DNA of 64,000 nt, from the NCBI GenBank assembly GCA_030390025.1, contig CM059432.1, forward strand, positions 56,980,001 to 57,044,000, in the 5' to 3' direction. The stretch comes from Squalus acanthias (taxonomy: Eukaryota). Below the pieces are notes generated by a model, which did not search any database, was not told where the DNA came from, and worked only from the letters and a program-made list of their open reading frames with translations. Numbering within the stretch: the stretch's first letter is position 1; the number at the start of each line of letters is the position of its first letter. Below are positions 50,876 to 62,714 of the stretch, piece by piece. The position numbers and the translations under genes are program-made.

Positions 50876-51748
50876 GGGGGGAAAATTCGGTTGCTTAGCG
50901 CCTCCTGATAGAGGGTGCTAATGGGGCGCAAAGCAACTAGCGCCCGGACGTGGTGATGTTTGCGCCGCTCGCGAAATTGACCAGACATTTGCGGTGGCGC
51001 TAAACACTACCGCCATGATCTCCTGCGCCCGCAGATCGTGACGTCAGTCGAGCGTGCAATGCCCCGGTAGCGCCCCAGATATTGAGTGGCGCCCCCTGCC
51101 TTACCGCCTGCCGCTAGCAACGACAGGTTGAGGGGAACGTTTTGCAGTCGGGAAGGGACTGGGGGAGTGCTATTTAAAGGCGACCGCTTCCTGCCTTTTT
51201 TTGTCGGCAACATTTTTGCACCACACATTCTGAGAGAGAGAGACTTCTGGAGAGATTCAACGCTGTGTGAAGGAGTTTTGGGTACTGAGCAGCACTTTGC
51301 AGGTTCATTTTGATTTGACCTTCCTTGTATCAATTTAGAAGAGACTATGGGGGCTGAACTCTGAGCTCTTTCCCTGGGACTCTCCATTGTTCTTTCCAGC
51401 AGAATTGATGTACAGGTCTCTCCAGGCCGAGATTCAAGGCTGCAATGAGCAGGGTGTGGATGGAGAGCAAGATCGACCCTCCCCTTTAAGAACTGGCCGG
51501 CGCCAGTGTGTCTGTGTTCCATTGCTGACTGACATCACATGAGCTTCGCCAGCGCTCTGAGTTAGCGCCTCGCGCCTCGGCCTTTGCGCCTTAAGACAGA
51601 TGTGTAGCGCCTGATTTAGCGCTCCAATCACCTCCAGGAGCGATAAAAGCCAAGTTTGCAGTTGGAGGCGATAATTAGCGCCAGACGCTAAACTTTGCGC
51701 CCGGCCGATAATTGCGCCCCAAACGGGGCGATGCTGAATTTCTCCCCC
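50876..51748. mobile_element. Non-autonomous DNA transposon (Harbinger-like) with TTT TSD
   Basis: ttt|ggggggaaaattc ... gaatttctccccc|ttt. Many subterminal (A/G)GCGC(C/T) motifs. Confidence 0.85.
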
Positions 51749-52536
51749 TTTGACTCATTATTACTCAGGAATATTTCTTTACAAATCTGAGAGGAGAGAT
51801 TTATTCTGATTGTATTCAGTGTTTTGCAAATGAATTCATTGAAATTCTTTTCTAAGCTTAGAGTAAATGCAGAGACTGCATTCAGCTGTTTATTAAGAAT
51901 GCACTCCTGTGTTGAACATCGAGTCCCTGGACTGTAGCTTTGCTAATGTTACAGCACAGAATTGATGTGGGTGTTCAGAGATACCTGATAAGTGTACTCT
52001 GGATAACTTTCAAGCACAAAGCTCCATTAGTACTTAACAAGGCATGACAGCCAAACTGCTCAGGATTATTGATTATGCTGAATGTTACATCAACAAAATG
52101 TTTTTGGTCACAAGTAAGAAGATGAGCAAATGAATAGCAGCCAATTCCTTAGTGGTAGATGTGAGATTGCCTACTATTTTCCAGTGCCTATTATATATGT
52201 AAAGTTCTAGCAACTAGAGACTTTATCATTTTCAGCTTCATAATTTTTTTAACCAAGTTACAAGAAAATATTTAGCATCAATAGACTTAATTTCAAATCA
52301 CAACAAGGAGCTGCATGAAGTGGCATGATGAGTGTTTGCGGACAGTTTGACATTTCTGGTTTTTTTTTTTAAGTCAGTTTTGGAGGCTATCATATTAACA
52401 TTTCACTCCTATTCGGGAGAAACATGATAATTCTACAATTATTTGAGCACATACATATTGGGGGGAAAAGTACCCAAAATGCCTGAATGTCACCTACATT
52501 AATTAGATAGCCAGAGACCTAGTAATCTCTGATAAA

Positions 52537-52972
52537 AAGAAAGAACTTGCATTTATGTAATGCATTATGTTTTCCCATCCTCAAGACATCCCAAAGCACT
52601 TATCTGGCAATTAATTACTTTAAAAAAAAAGAAGTGTTGTCACTGTTGTAATGTAAACAAACATGGCAGCTAATCTGCGCACAGCAAGGCTTCACAAATA
52701 GCCATGAGATAAATGACCAGTTCATCTGTTCTGCTGGTGTTGGTTTGGGAATGAATGTTAGTCAGTGCACTGGGAGCTCTTACCTTCTCCTCATATAGGA
52801 TATTTTACTTCCACCTGAACAGGCTAATGGGCCTTTAGTTTAACATCTCATTCAAAAGGCAGCACCTCCAACAATGCAGCACTCCTTCAATACTGCATTG
52901 AAGCATCAGCCTAGAGTATGTGCTTAAGTGCTGAAGTGGGGCTAGAACTCATGACTTTTTGATTCTGAGGCA
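52537..52972 (-). mobile_element. DeuSINE, diverged
   Basis: Reverse-complement homology to 14523-14985. Confidence 0.85.
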
Positions 52973-52974
52973 CT

Positions 52975-53530
52975 GACCCCGATATTTATGGGGATGGAGC
53001 GGCGACGCCCATCAGCAACCAGGAAACCCAGAAATGCCAGGAACACGGAGGTCCTGTCGAATTTAACCTCATTAGAATTTTTTTACTCTATTTCCCACCC
53101 GACAGCTGGCCAGATTGAAGGCTTGCTGGCAGCTGGGCAGGAAAGGCTGCAGCACAAGGCAGAAGCTGGGGTTCACTGGGGACGGTCCCCGACAATCAAG
53201 AAGATCGGGGGTCAGGGGGTGGGTCTGAACAGCAAGGAGAAATGCCAGGAAGCAGGGGAAGAGAGCTCTGGGGTGGGGGGGGGGGGTCGGGGGGGAGAGA
53301 ATGGATGCCTGGGAGGGGAGGGGGGAGAGATCGGATGCCGGGAGAGGAGAGATCAGATCGTGGGGACAGAGGCAGATGGCGGCAGGTTTTCATTCACAGG
53401 TCCAGGATGTGCACTCTGGCTGCCTGCCTCTGTTCCATGGTCTTGTCCACACCTGAGTGGCCCGAGAAAAGGAGCATGCAGTGTCTAGTGTTACGCTTGG
53501 GGCCATCCGTGGCCGGTGGGCACAGCAGGA
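52975..53530. mobile_element. GC-rich non-autonomous DNA-transposon fragment
   Basis: Left end gaccccgatatttatgggg resembles 26262. It truncates the adjacent SINE head. Confidence 0.5.
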
Positions 53531-55134
53531 CGTTAATTGCATAATTGATAGATATAACGAAGTACTGATTTAGTTTCAGTCTCTAATAGTTTGATTAGAC
53601 CTGGTAAGATTACATTTAGTGGTTCCTTTTTAAAGAGAGCACTTGTGGAACTGATTATTTGTCTGGTGACACTGGGAGACCCGGTCCCACCTTTACCGGT
53701 TTAATTAAAAAAGGGATGACTGAGACCTATACAATTCGCTAACATCTGCCATAGTCCAATTTTTAGCTCTGATCTTGCAGGAGATAAACTTCATATTCAG
53801 CCACTTACCATCAAGTATTCTGTCTCTTGATACCAGTTTCACTGAATAATCCTGAGTAGGATTGAGAATTTCTTGTGTACTCTGCACATTATTTTGTCGA
53901 CAGATCCAGACAATAAGCAAAACACATTCATCATTGGTTTGACTCTGCCAATGTTGTGACATAAGGCTACATGATGGGTGGGCAGAAGAGAGAGAGCAAG
54001 AGAGTAACATAGAATCAAGAAATTCAGATACAAATGACACCCTAAACAATAAAAATAATTCGTCCACATTATAAACACTCTGAGATTCTGCTACTGCCTC
54101 AAATCCCTCTGATTTATCTTTTGTTTGTGATCCAATTTTCATTCCGATTTACGAATGTCGTAAATCCCAAGTCACAAATTGTCTTAAAAGCTGCTTCATG
54201 TCTTTTAGGGCAATGAATGAGAATGTATATTATAGCCATTTGTGATGTCGCCAAAGGCATGATCATTTAACTGGTCGAAGGGTATCATTGATTAATTTAG
54301 GGTGAGGTCCTGGGATTTCATTAGGTTGTGCATAGATTAAGCTGACTAAATGGAGGCCTTCTGAGTTGTATAATAGATCGTCAGTTTGTTCACTTACCGT
54401 CAGGTTAATGATTTTAGTGCCCACAGATTGTTGATGTTTTCTTAAAATTCAGAAGAAACTGTGCACTACTGTTTTATAACTCTTGTAAATTTTCTTCACA
54501 ATTTAAAAAAAAATCTTTTTTGTTGGTCTTATGGTTCCTAATTCACCGTTACCAGTTGTGCAGTTGAAGATTTCACGCCATTATTCTGTTTGAATACTTC
54601 AGTATGCATATGGGAATTCTGCACACATTCAGTGTTCCCATAGGCACAGGACACATGGGAAATATATATGTTCAAAAAATTATTCTGTTCATTCGATAAT
54701 CTTTGTTTTTATTAATATCTTGCTGTATCAACACATTATAATGTTGCTTCTAATTAGTTGGGAATGATGCAATTATTTATATTGATTTAAAAATAGTATT
54801 GAAGTCCTGTCTATGATTTTGCACCCCAATTTCACAGCAGTAATTCTCATGTGCAATGATAAACTACAGAAGCTGAACCAAGTATGATGGTTTAAATACA
54901 GTTTTCAGTCAATCTGAACCCTTGTTTGTGAATTCCCGTAATATCCTTGGTTCTGATTTTCACGCAGTGGAAAGTCGTTTTTACACTTACTGACATTTGC
55001 CTTATTTATGGAGATGAGCTCAGGGGAACTTGTTAAAGTGAATTCCCAAATGAAGTAGCTGTGTACATTTTAAATTCTGACAACTATTTGAGTCTTTTGT
55101 TTAAATCATAATGTTCAAAAGGTACATAAAAAAC

Positions 55135-55283
55135 TTGAATTTAATACTTGAACTCTAGGGGAATCAAGGGATATGGAGATAGGGCGGGAAAGTGGTGGTG
55201 AGGTTGAAGATTTTATTGAATGGCAAAGCAGGCTCGAGGGGCCGTCTGGCCTACTCCTGCTCCTAATTCCTATGTTCTTATGA
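55135..55283 (+). mobile_element. CR1 3' end fragment
   Basis: gaatcaaggggatatggag..ggctcgaggggcc..ggcctactcctgctcct..tatgttcttatg. Confidence 0.85.
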
Positions 55284-55335
55284 ACCTTGGTCAACATTTA
55301 TGTTATAGCCTTCATGTTAGACACAATGCTCTAAG

Positions 55336-55754
55336 GAAAGAACAAAGAACTTGCATTTATATAGTGCCTTGCCATATCCTTAGGGCATCCAAAGCGCTTT
55401 AAAATCAATGGATTACACGAAGTGCAGTCACTGTTGCGTGGAAATTGGCTGCCGCACCAGGAAAAGGCCCTACCAACAGCAAATGAATGAATGAATGTTT
55501 AGTTAATTTGTTTTCGATGGTGTTGGTTGATAGAGGAATGTTGGTCTGGAACTGGGAGAACTCGCCTCTCCTCATCAAATAATGCCATGAAAAGCCTTGG
55601 TTTAACATCTCATCTTAAAAATTGCACTTCCAACAATGCAGCATTTCCTCAGCGTGGCACTGAAGTATCAACCTAGATTTTGTGCTCAAGTCCACAATGA
55701 GACTTGACCCACAACGTTGTGACTCAGAAGAGTTCCACCAACTCAGCCATGCTG
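55336..55754 (-). mobile_element. DeuSINE, diverged
   Basis: Tail aagaacttgcatttatatag and head ctcagccatgctg, with internal deletions. Confidence 0.8.
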
Positions 55755-56524
55755 AGCTATAAGCCAATAATATCATAACTTAAAGGGGAAAGAAAATATC
55801 ACCCTTCTTCCATTCTTTCCATTCAGAGTATTCTTGTATTTCATATTATTATACAGTAATAAAAATAACCTGACTTTTTTTTAGAAAAAAGTGCTAAATC
55901 TTTACCTCATACAGAGATTCATCAGGTTGGGTCTCCTAGGTGCCAGGTAATTCCAGTAACGTCAGTGACAGGAAGCAGCTCAATTGAAGGTCCTGATTCC
56001 ATGACTTTGAGCCAAACCAAGAGATAAACTAGAGTTGCCCAATCCCATGCTGGCTAGTTATGCCCACCTGATGACATGCTCTCCTGGGGTTGGGCAGCTT
56101 CAGAGGAAACCAAAAAGACTCTCCCTAGATGTTTCTTCCTCTTTAAATGTATTACTGTGAGGATTACAACCTAAGTGTTAATGTTGGTAATTCACAGTTC
56201 TCATTACCATACGATATTAAAGGTTACATGAAGTTGAACGTAAAACATCAATGTAACTGCTACAGCTTGTATATTCAAGATCATTTTTACTGTTATTTCC
56301 TTGCCTAGCTCATTATTTCTATTGGTCTCCTATTGCTAGTAGTATCAGCTATGCTTCCCACAGCAGTAGATACATTTGACATTGTACAACAACAACAGTG
56401 CATTTATATAGCGCCTTTAACATAGTAAAGCATCCCAAGGCACTTCACAGGAGTGTAATCAGACAACTATCTAACCTATGCTTAAATGTTGACATGTTCT
56501 CTATTTCAATCAACACTATTCCAA

Positions 56525-56788
56525 AATAGGCTATTTGGGTATCCCGCTATTCATTCCTCGATATTTGCTAGTTCTGGCAGAGTAAGGACAGAATCAGAGC
56601 AGGCATGCAGTACACTCCCATCTAGATGTCCAGGATGATTGCAACCTGATGTAACTTACACAACCTCACCGTACAAAGGGCCGTTTCCATGGTGTAGCTA
56701 TAGAGGAAGAGAATCTACTTCAACTAGTGGCAAAAGAGGACCCCAGCCATCGGCCACCTTATATGAGTTTGTGAACGTGCAACATGCA
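56525..56788 (+). pseudogene. Degraded Harbinger (HARBI1-like) transposase C-terminal fragment
   Basis: From 56605: MQYTPI*MSRMIAT*CNLHNLTVQR, resembling the LQYSP...IxACxxLHN motif. Confidence 0.55.
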
Positions 56789-57515
56789 TGTCCAGGGCCC
56801 CAAACACCCCTTCCAGGTGAAACAGCGATTTACTTGTACTTCCTGCAATTTAGTATACTGTATTCGCTGCTCACGATGTGGTCTCCTCTACATTGGGGAG
56901 ACCAAACGCAGATTGGGTGACCGCTTTGCGGAACACCTCCGTTCAGACCGTAAGGGGGACCCCGAGCTCCCGGTGGCCTGTCACTTTAATTCACCGCTTC
57001 ACTCCCACTCTGACCTCACCGTCCTCGGCCTATTACACTGTTCCACGGAAGCGCAGCGTAAGCTCGAGGAACAGCACCTCATCTTTCGTTTAGGCACGCT
57101 ACAGCCCTCTGGACTCAATATCGAGTTCAACAATTTTAGATCATAACCTCAGCTCCAATCACATTTATATTTTATTTTTTCCACCCTTTTAATTTGCCCC
57201 CCCCCACCTTTTTTTTTTCCTCCTAGAAGCTGGCAGCTGTCCTTCATTCTGCCAGTGGATTTCTCACTTCTTTCAGCCTTAATCTGTCACATTAACACCA
57301 CCTCTAGCCTTGCATATCTCTTAATGTCTCTTCATCTCCCCCTTTGTTCTTTTATCCCCTCCCCCTTTTCCCAGCTTTACTCTGGCCTTAAATCTATTTG
57401 ATTTCCGGCTCTTCACAGTTCTGACGAAAGGTCATCGACCTGAAACGTTAACTCTCTTTCTCTCTCCACGGATGCTGCCTGGCCTGCTGAGTTTTTCCAG
57501 CGTTTTCTGTTGTTA
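56789..57515 (+). mobile_element. Penelope-like element 3' fragment (GIY-YIG + pLTR), same family as 20368-22445
   Basis: VYCIRCSRCGLLYIGETKRRLGDRFAEH..LEEQHLIFRLGTLQPSGLN, followed by a pLTR with a hammerhead. Confidence 0.95.
57417..57453 (+). ncRNA. Minimal type I hammerhead ribozyme (family A), intact
   Basis: AGTT-CTGACGA-A-AGGTC/atc/GACCT-GAAA-CGTT-AACT. Perfect stems I and II, palindromic AACGTT stem III. Confidence 0.85.
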
Positions 57516-57876
57516 TGCAGGTAACTTGTCTTGGCTGCATACTTGGTGCTTCTTCCTTACTACATTTCATACGTCACATGGCAAACATACTGACATGGCA
57601 ACAGAGTGCATTGCTAAAACTTGGGCATGCCAGTAAATTTGGAAAATAAGTGCACAGTTGCTAGAGTGCTGTGTAATTTCACTCTGATGCTCCACCAAGC
57701 TTACAGTGAAATGCTGTTTAGGTACATTGCAAAGCAACATTGTAAAATTAGGCAGCCTTTTAGAAACCAGAACAATTCTTCCTCACCTGCTTCCGGGATC
57801 TGGTAACAGTTATTCTTTCTGCTACCTCCATCTAGGATGATCTCACACTCTGCTTCAGAGGGGGATGCTCTCTGCA

Positions 57877-58139
57877 GGTGTCAGCCATGGCTCAGTGGGT
57901 AGCACTCTCGCCTCTTAGTCAAAAGGTTGTGGGTTCAAGTCCCACTCCAGAGACTTGAGTACATAATCTAGGCTGACACTTCAGTGCAGTACTAAAGGAG
58001 TCCTGCACTGTTGGAGGTGCCATCGTTCAGATATGATGTTAAAACGTCTGCCCTCCCAAGTGGACGTGAAAGATCCCATGACATTATTCAAAGAAGAGCA
58101 GGAGGGTTCTCCAGGTGTCCTGGCCAATATTTATCCCTC
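57877..58139 (+). mobile_element. DeuSINE 5' half, continuing at 61348
   Basis: A and B boxes plus Deu domain, ending at ccaatatttatccctc. Confidence 0.9.
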
Positions 58140-58549
58140 TGGAATAAAAGGTTGGTATCAGTAATGGTGACTGTGAAACTACCGGATTGTCATAAAAACC
58201 CATCTGGTTCATTAATATCTTTTAATCTGCCGTTGTTACCCAGTCTGGCCTATATGTGACTCCAGACCCACGGCAATCTGGTTGACTCTTAACTGGCCGC
58301 TGAAATGGCCTAGCAAGCCACTCAGTTATACCAAACCGCTACAAAGAAGTATAATGAGAATAAAACCGGACGCGCCATCATTGACCTAGGCACTGGACAC
58401 GACAAAGGCACACCCAGCCCAGTTAACCTTGCAAGGTCCTCCTCACTAACCTCTGGGGACTTTTGCCAAAATTGGGAGAGCTGTCCCACAGACGAGTCAA
58501 GCAACAGCCTGACATAGTCATACTCACAGAATCATATCTTTCAACCAAC

Positions 58550-58765
58550 TGTAGAGATTAGGCCAATTAGTAGCTTATCTCTAGTCTTTAAAATAATCAG
58601 GATCGAGTACAAACCAATATGGTGGGTATATTGTGTTTAATCAGAGTTTAAGACGGAATATAACATGCTAGTTATACAGCAAAAACATACGACCGTGACA
58701 AGCAGCTGGTACCGGTCCCGATCGAACAGACGGCTGGCGTGCATGAACAGTTCTCTGGCTTCCGG

Positions 58766-58810
<45 letters not shown>

Positions 58811-59030
58811 AACTTCCGATGGTGAGTGTGGGATCACTCTCAAAAGAGCGTTCAACCAGCCCAACTTCTCTTTGGCTCTCCTCTCCACTGTCTGTGTGGA
58901 CAAGCACTCAGGGTGTCACTTTTATTCTCTTTTTAGGGGTGGGCCTGAGGCCAAATTATTGACAAGACCATTTAACCTACAGTTTTATCCGCAAAACCAT
59001 ATACATTTTGAACACCCCTGATTTCTAACA
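58550..59030 (-). mobile_element. Solo LTR (481 bp), TG...CA, CAAC TSD, inside the LINE endonuclease domain
   Basis: caac|TGTAGAGAT ... ATTTCTAACA|caac. The APE sequence resumes on removal. Strand is tentative. Confidence 0.9.
58767..58809. repeat. (CT)n microsatellite
   Basis: Pure CT run of about 21 units. Confidence 0.95.
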
Positions 59031-61347
59031 CAACCTCCCAGACTCCATCACCATCACTGGGTATGTTCTGACCCACCAGAGGTGGCAGCACAGTGGTATA
59101 CAATCGGGAGGGGGTAGTGGCCCTGTGAGTTCTCAACATTGACTCCGGACCCCCTGAAGTCTCATGGCATCAGGTCAAACATGGGCAAGGAAACCTCCTG
59201 CTGATTACCACCTACCACCTCCCTCAGCTGATTAATCAGTACTCCTCCACGTTGAACGCCACTTGGAAGAAGCACTGAGGGTAGCAAGGGCACAGAATGT
59301 ACTCTGGCTGGGGGACTTCAATGTCCATCACCAAGAGTGGCTCGGTAGCACCACTACTTACTGAGCTGGCTGAGTCCTGAAGGACATAGATGCCAGACTG
59401 GGCCTGCAGCAGATGGTGGGAGAACCAACACGAGGGAAAAACCTACTTCACCAATCTACCTGTCGCAGATGTATCTGTCCATGACAGTATTGGTAGGAGT
59501 GACCAGCGCACAGCCCTTGTGGAGACGAAGTCCCATCTTCACACTGAGGAGATCCTCCATCGTATTGTGTGGCACTACTATCATGTTAAATGGGATAGAT
59601 TCAGAACAAATCTAGCAGCTCAAATCTGGCCATCAGCAGCAGCAGAATTGTATACCACCACAATCTGTAACCTCATGGCCCGGCATATCCCTCACTCAAC
59701 CATTACCATCAAGCCAGGGCACCAACCCTTGTTCAATGAGGAGTGTAGAAGAGCATGCCAGGAGCAGCACCAGGCGTACCTAAAAATGAGGTGCTAACCT
59801 GGTGAAGCTGCAACACAGTATTACATGCATGCTAAACAGCGGAAGCAACATTCTATAGGCAGAGCTAAACAATCCCACAACCAACGGATCGGATCAAAGC
59901 TCTGCAGTCCTGCCACATCCAGTCGTGAATGGTGATGGACAATTAAACAACTAACGGGAGGAGGAGGCTACATGAACATTCCCATCCTCAATGATGGTGG
60001 AGCCCAGCATGAGTGCAAAAGACAAGGCTGAAATGTTTGCAACCATCTTCAGCCAGAAGTGCCGAGTGGATGATCCACCTTGGCCTCCTCCTGAGGTCCG
60101 CACTATCACAGAAGCCAGTCTTCAGCCAATTCGATTCACTCCGCGTGATATTAAGAAACGGCTGAGCACACTGGATACCACAAAGATCTATGGGCCCCGA
60201 CAACATCCCGGCTGTAGTGCTGAAAACTTGTGCTCCAGAATTAGCCAAGCTGTTCCAGTATTGCTACACTGGCATCTACCCAACAAAGTGGAAAATAGCC
60301 CAGGTATGCCTTGTCCACAAAAAGCAGGACAAATCCAATCTGGCCAATTATCGCCCATCAGCCTACTTTCAATCATCAGCAGATTGATGGAAGGTGTCGT
60401 TGACAGTGTTGTTAAGCCGCACTTACTCAGCAATAATCTGCTTACCAATGTTCAGTTTGGGTTCCGCCAGGACCACTCTGCTCCAGACCTCATTACAGCC
60501 TTGGTCCAAACATGGACAAACGAGCTGAATTCTGGAGGTGAGGTGAGAGTGACTGCCCTTGACATCAAGGCAGCATTTGACCGAATGTTGGATCAAGGAG
60601 CCCTAGTAAAACTGAAGTCAATGGGATTCAGGGGGAAAGCTCTTTACTGGCTGGAGTCATACCTAGCACAAAGGATGATGATTGTGGTTGTTGGAGGCCA
60701 ATCATCTCTGCCCCAGGACATCACTGCAGGAGTTCCTCAGGCAGTGACCTCGGCCAAACAATCTTCAGCTGCTTCATCAATGACCTTCCTTCCATCATAA
60801 GCACAGAAGTGGGGATGTTCGCTGATGATTGCACAGTGTTCAGCTTCCATTCGCAACTCCTCAGATAATGGAAGCAGTCCATGCTCGCGTGGATGAGTGC
60901 AGCTCCAACAACACTCGAGAAGCTTGACAGCATCCAGGACAAAGTAGCCCGATTGATCAGCATCTCAGCCACCACTTTAAACATTCACTCCCTCCACTAC
61001 CGGCGCACCATGTCTGCAGTGTGTACCATCTACCAGACGCACTGCAGCAACTCGACAAAACTTCTTCGACAGCACTTCCCAAACTTGTGACCTCTACCAC
61101 CTAGAAGGACAAGGGCAGCAGGCGCATGGGAACACCACCACCTCCAAGTTCCCCTCCAAGTCACACACCATGTTGACTTGGAAATATATTGCCATTCCTT
61201 CATCGTCGCTGGTTCAAAATCCTGGAACTCCCTCCCTAACAGCACTATGGGAGTACCTTCAAGAAGGCGGTTCACCGCCACCTTCTTATGAGCAATAAAT
61301 GCTGGCCTTGCCAGCGGCGCCCACATCCCATGAACGAATCAAAAAAA

Positions 61348-61535
61348 ATCACTAAAACAGATGATCTGGGCGTTATCACATTGCTGTTTGTGGGACCTTG
61401 CTATGTGCAAATTGGCTGCCGCATTTCCTACATTATAACAGTGACTACACTTCAAAATTACTTCATTGGCTGTAAAACGCTTTTGGACGTCTTGAAGTCG
61501 TGAAAGGCGCTATATAAATGCAAGTCTTTTTTTCT
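61348..61535 (+). mobile_element. DeuSINE 3' half
   Basis: atcactaaaacagat..cattgctgtttgtggg..gaaaggcgctatataaatgcaagtc. Confidence 0.9.
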
Positions 61536-61591
61536 TAAAAAAGAACCACTTTTCTCTCTAGCACTTTATGTAGCAGGAACTCCAAAGCTGG

Positions 61592-61800
61592 AACAACAAC
61601 TTGCATTTATATAGTGCCTTGAATGTAATAAAACTTCCCAAGGCGCATCACAGGAGCGATTTATCAACGATATTTGATACCGAGCCACATAAGGAAACAT
61701 TAGGACAGGTGACCAAAAGCTTGGTTAAAGAGGTAGGTTTTAAGGAGCATCTTAAAGGAGGAGAGAGAGGTGGAGAGGTTTATGGAGGGAATTCTAGAGC
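61592..61800 (-). mobile_element. L2-type 3' fragment
   Basis: aacaacaacttgcatttatatag tail. Homologous to 47425-47580 and 28800-29000. Confidence 0.85.
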
Positions 61801-62027
61801 TTTAAGCCGATGATCAACCCTTTAGGAGCTGCTTGCACCAGAAATTGTACTGTTTTGCTTCATGTACTGTGAGCATTGGAATATTACGCAAAGGTAGCGA
61901 TCTTGCATCGGAACACAAGGTCAACTCTAGCTGAGCACAGGAGCCTCATATGTGTAAAGTTATGACTTAAAACTCCCAATGGAAAAAGAAGATTTTAATT
62001 TACCATTAGCATCTGTGTAACAACAAT

Positions 62028-62714
62028 GGCCTGGATTTTCCGGGGCCTATGACCATGTACACACAGCGTACATGGTCGTACATGCTCCGCAAGTTCCGGG
62101 TTTCCGCACGAAAACCCGGAATTTGCAATCTGTCAAGATTCTGCTTAACCGATCGTACAAATCCACAGGAAATGGACATTCGCTGGTGCATTTGCCCAAC
62201 TACTGCCCACTAATCTCTTACACTTTCTTTTACCTGCATAAGGTTTAAATAAATATTAAAATAATTTTTTACAATTGATTTAAACATTCAAAAACCTTTA
62301 AAATTAGCTTAGGTTATTTTTGGCCCCTTTAAAAAATGTTTACATTTATTTTTCAAAAAATTAAATTTTTGTTTTAAATGTTTGATTAAATTGTATTTTA
62401 ATTAATTTTGAACATGTGATGATTTATTTTTATTTAACTGCTGTGAAAGTGTTTTTTGGGTGATTCCTTTCAGCTTATGGGGATTCCGTACGTAAGTGGA
62501 ATCCCCATAAGCATAATGGGAATCCCCCTTTGTGATTGGTTGGGCCGGCCCACGTGATCCCAGGGACGCTTGCGAACCGCATGCGCCCCTGGGATACATG
62601 GGCCTTTACACAGGCCCAGGAGCGCAAGTGTCCAGAGACACCAGGTAGGTGCGTACTTTTCTTGCGGTTCAAAGCGTTCGCCTGTGACAAGCCTCCGACC
62701 GCAATTTCCACCCC
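62028..62714. mobile_element. MITE related to 8331-9085, in opposite orientation
   Basis: Shares gcgcatgcggttcgcaagcgtccctgggatcacgtgggcc exactly in reverse. Imperfect TIR; flanks aat/att. Confidence 0.8.

Larger units (their letters stand above)
58141..61347 (+). mobile_element. LINE family B (RSg-1-like CR1 group): SINE-like 5' region, APE and RT, decayed
   Basis: KVLLTNLWG..PKLGELSHRRVKQQPDIVILTESYL, GDFNVHH, GPDNIP, QFGFRQDHS, LDIKAAFD, GVPQ, FADD. 3' end cccacatcccatgaacgaat plus an A run. Confidence 0.9.

Noticed and set aside
51007..51522. 171-aa ORF (also 52988-53488)
   Set aside because: Lies inside GC-rich non-autonomous transposons and shows no domain motifs.
53705..54142. 145-aa minus-strand ORF with a GTAAGT donor near 53805 (similar donor near 54393) as host exons
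   Set aside because: No recognisable protein similarity and weak acceptors. Cannot be supported without RNA-seq or homology.
56065..56112. CTGATGA...GAAA as another hammerhead
   Set aside because: No convincing stems I, II or III around the core.
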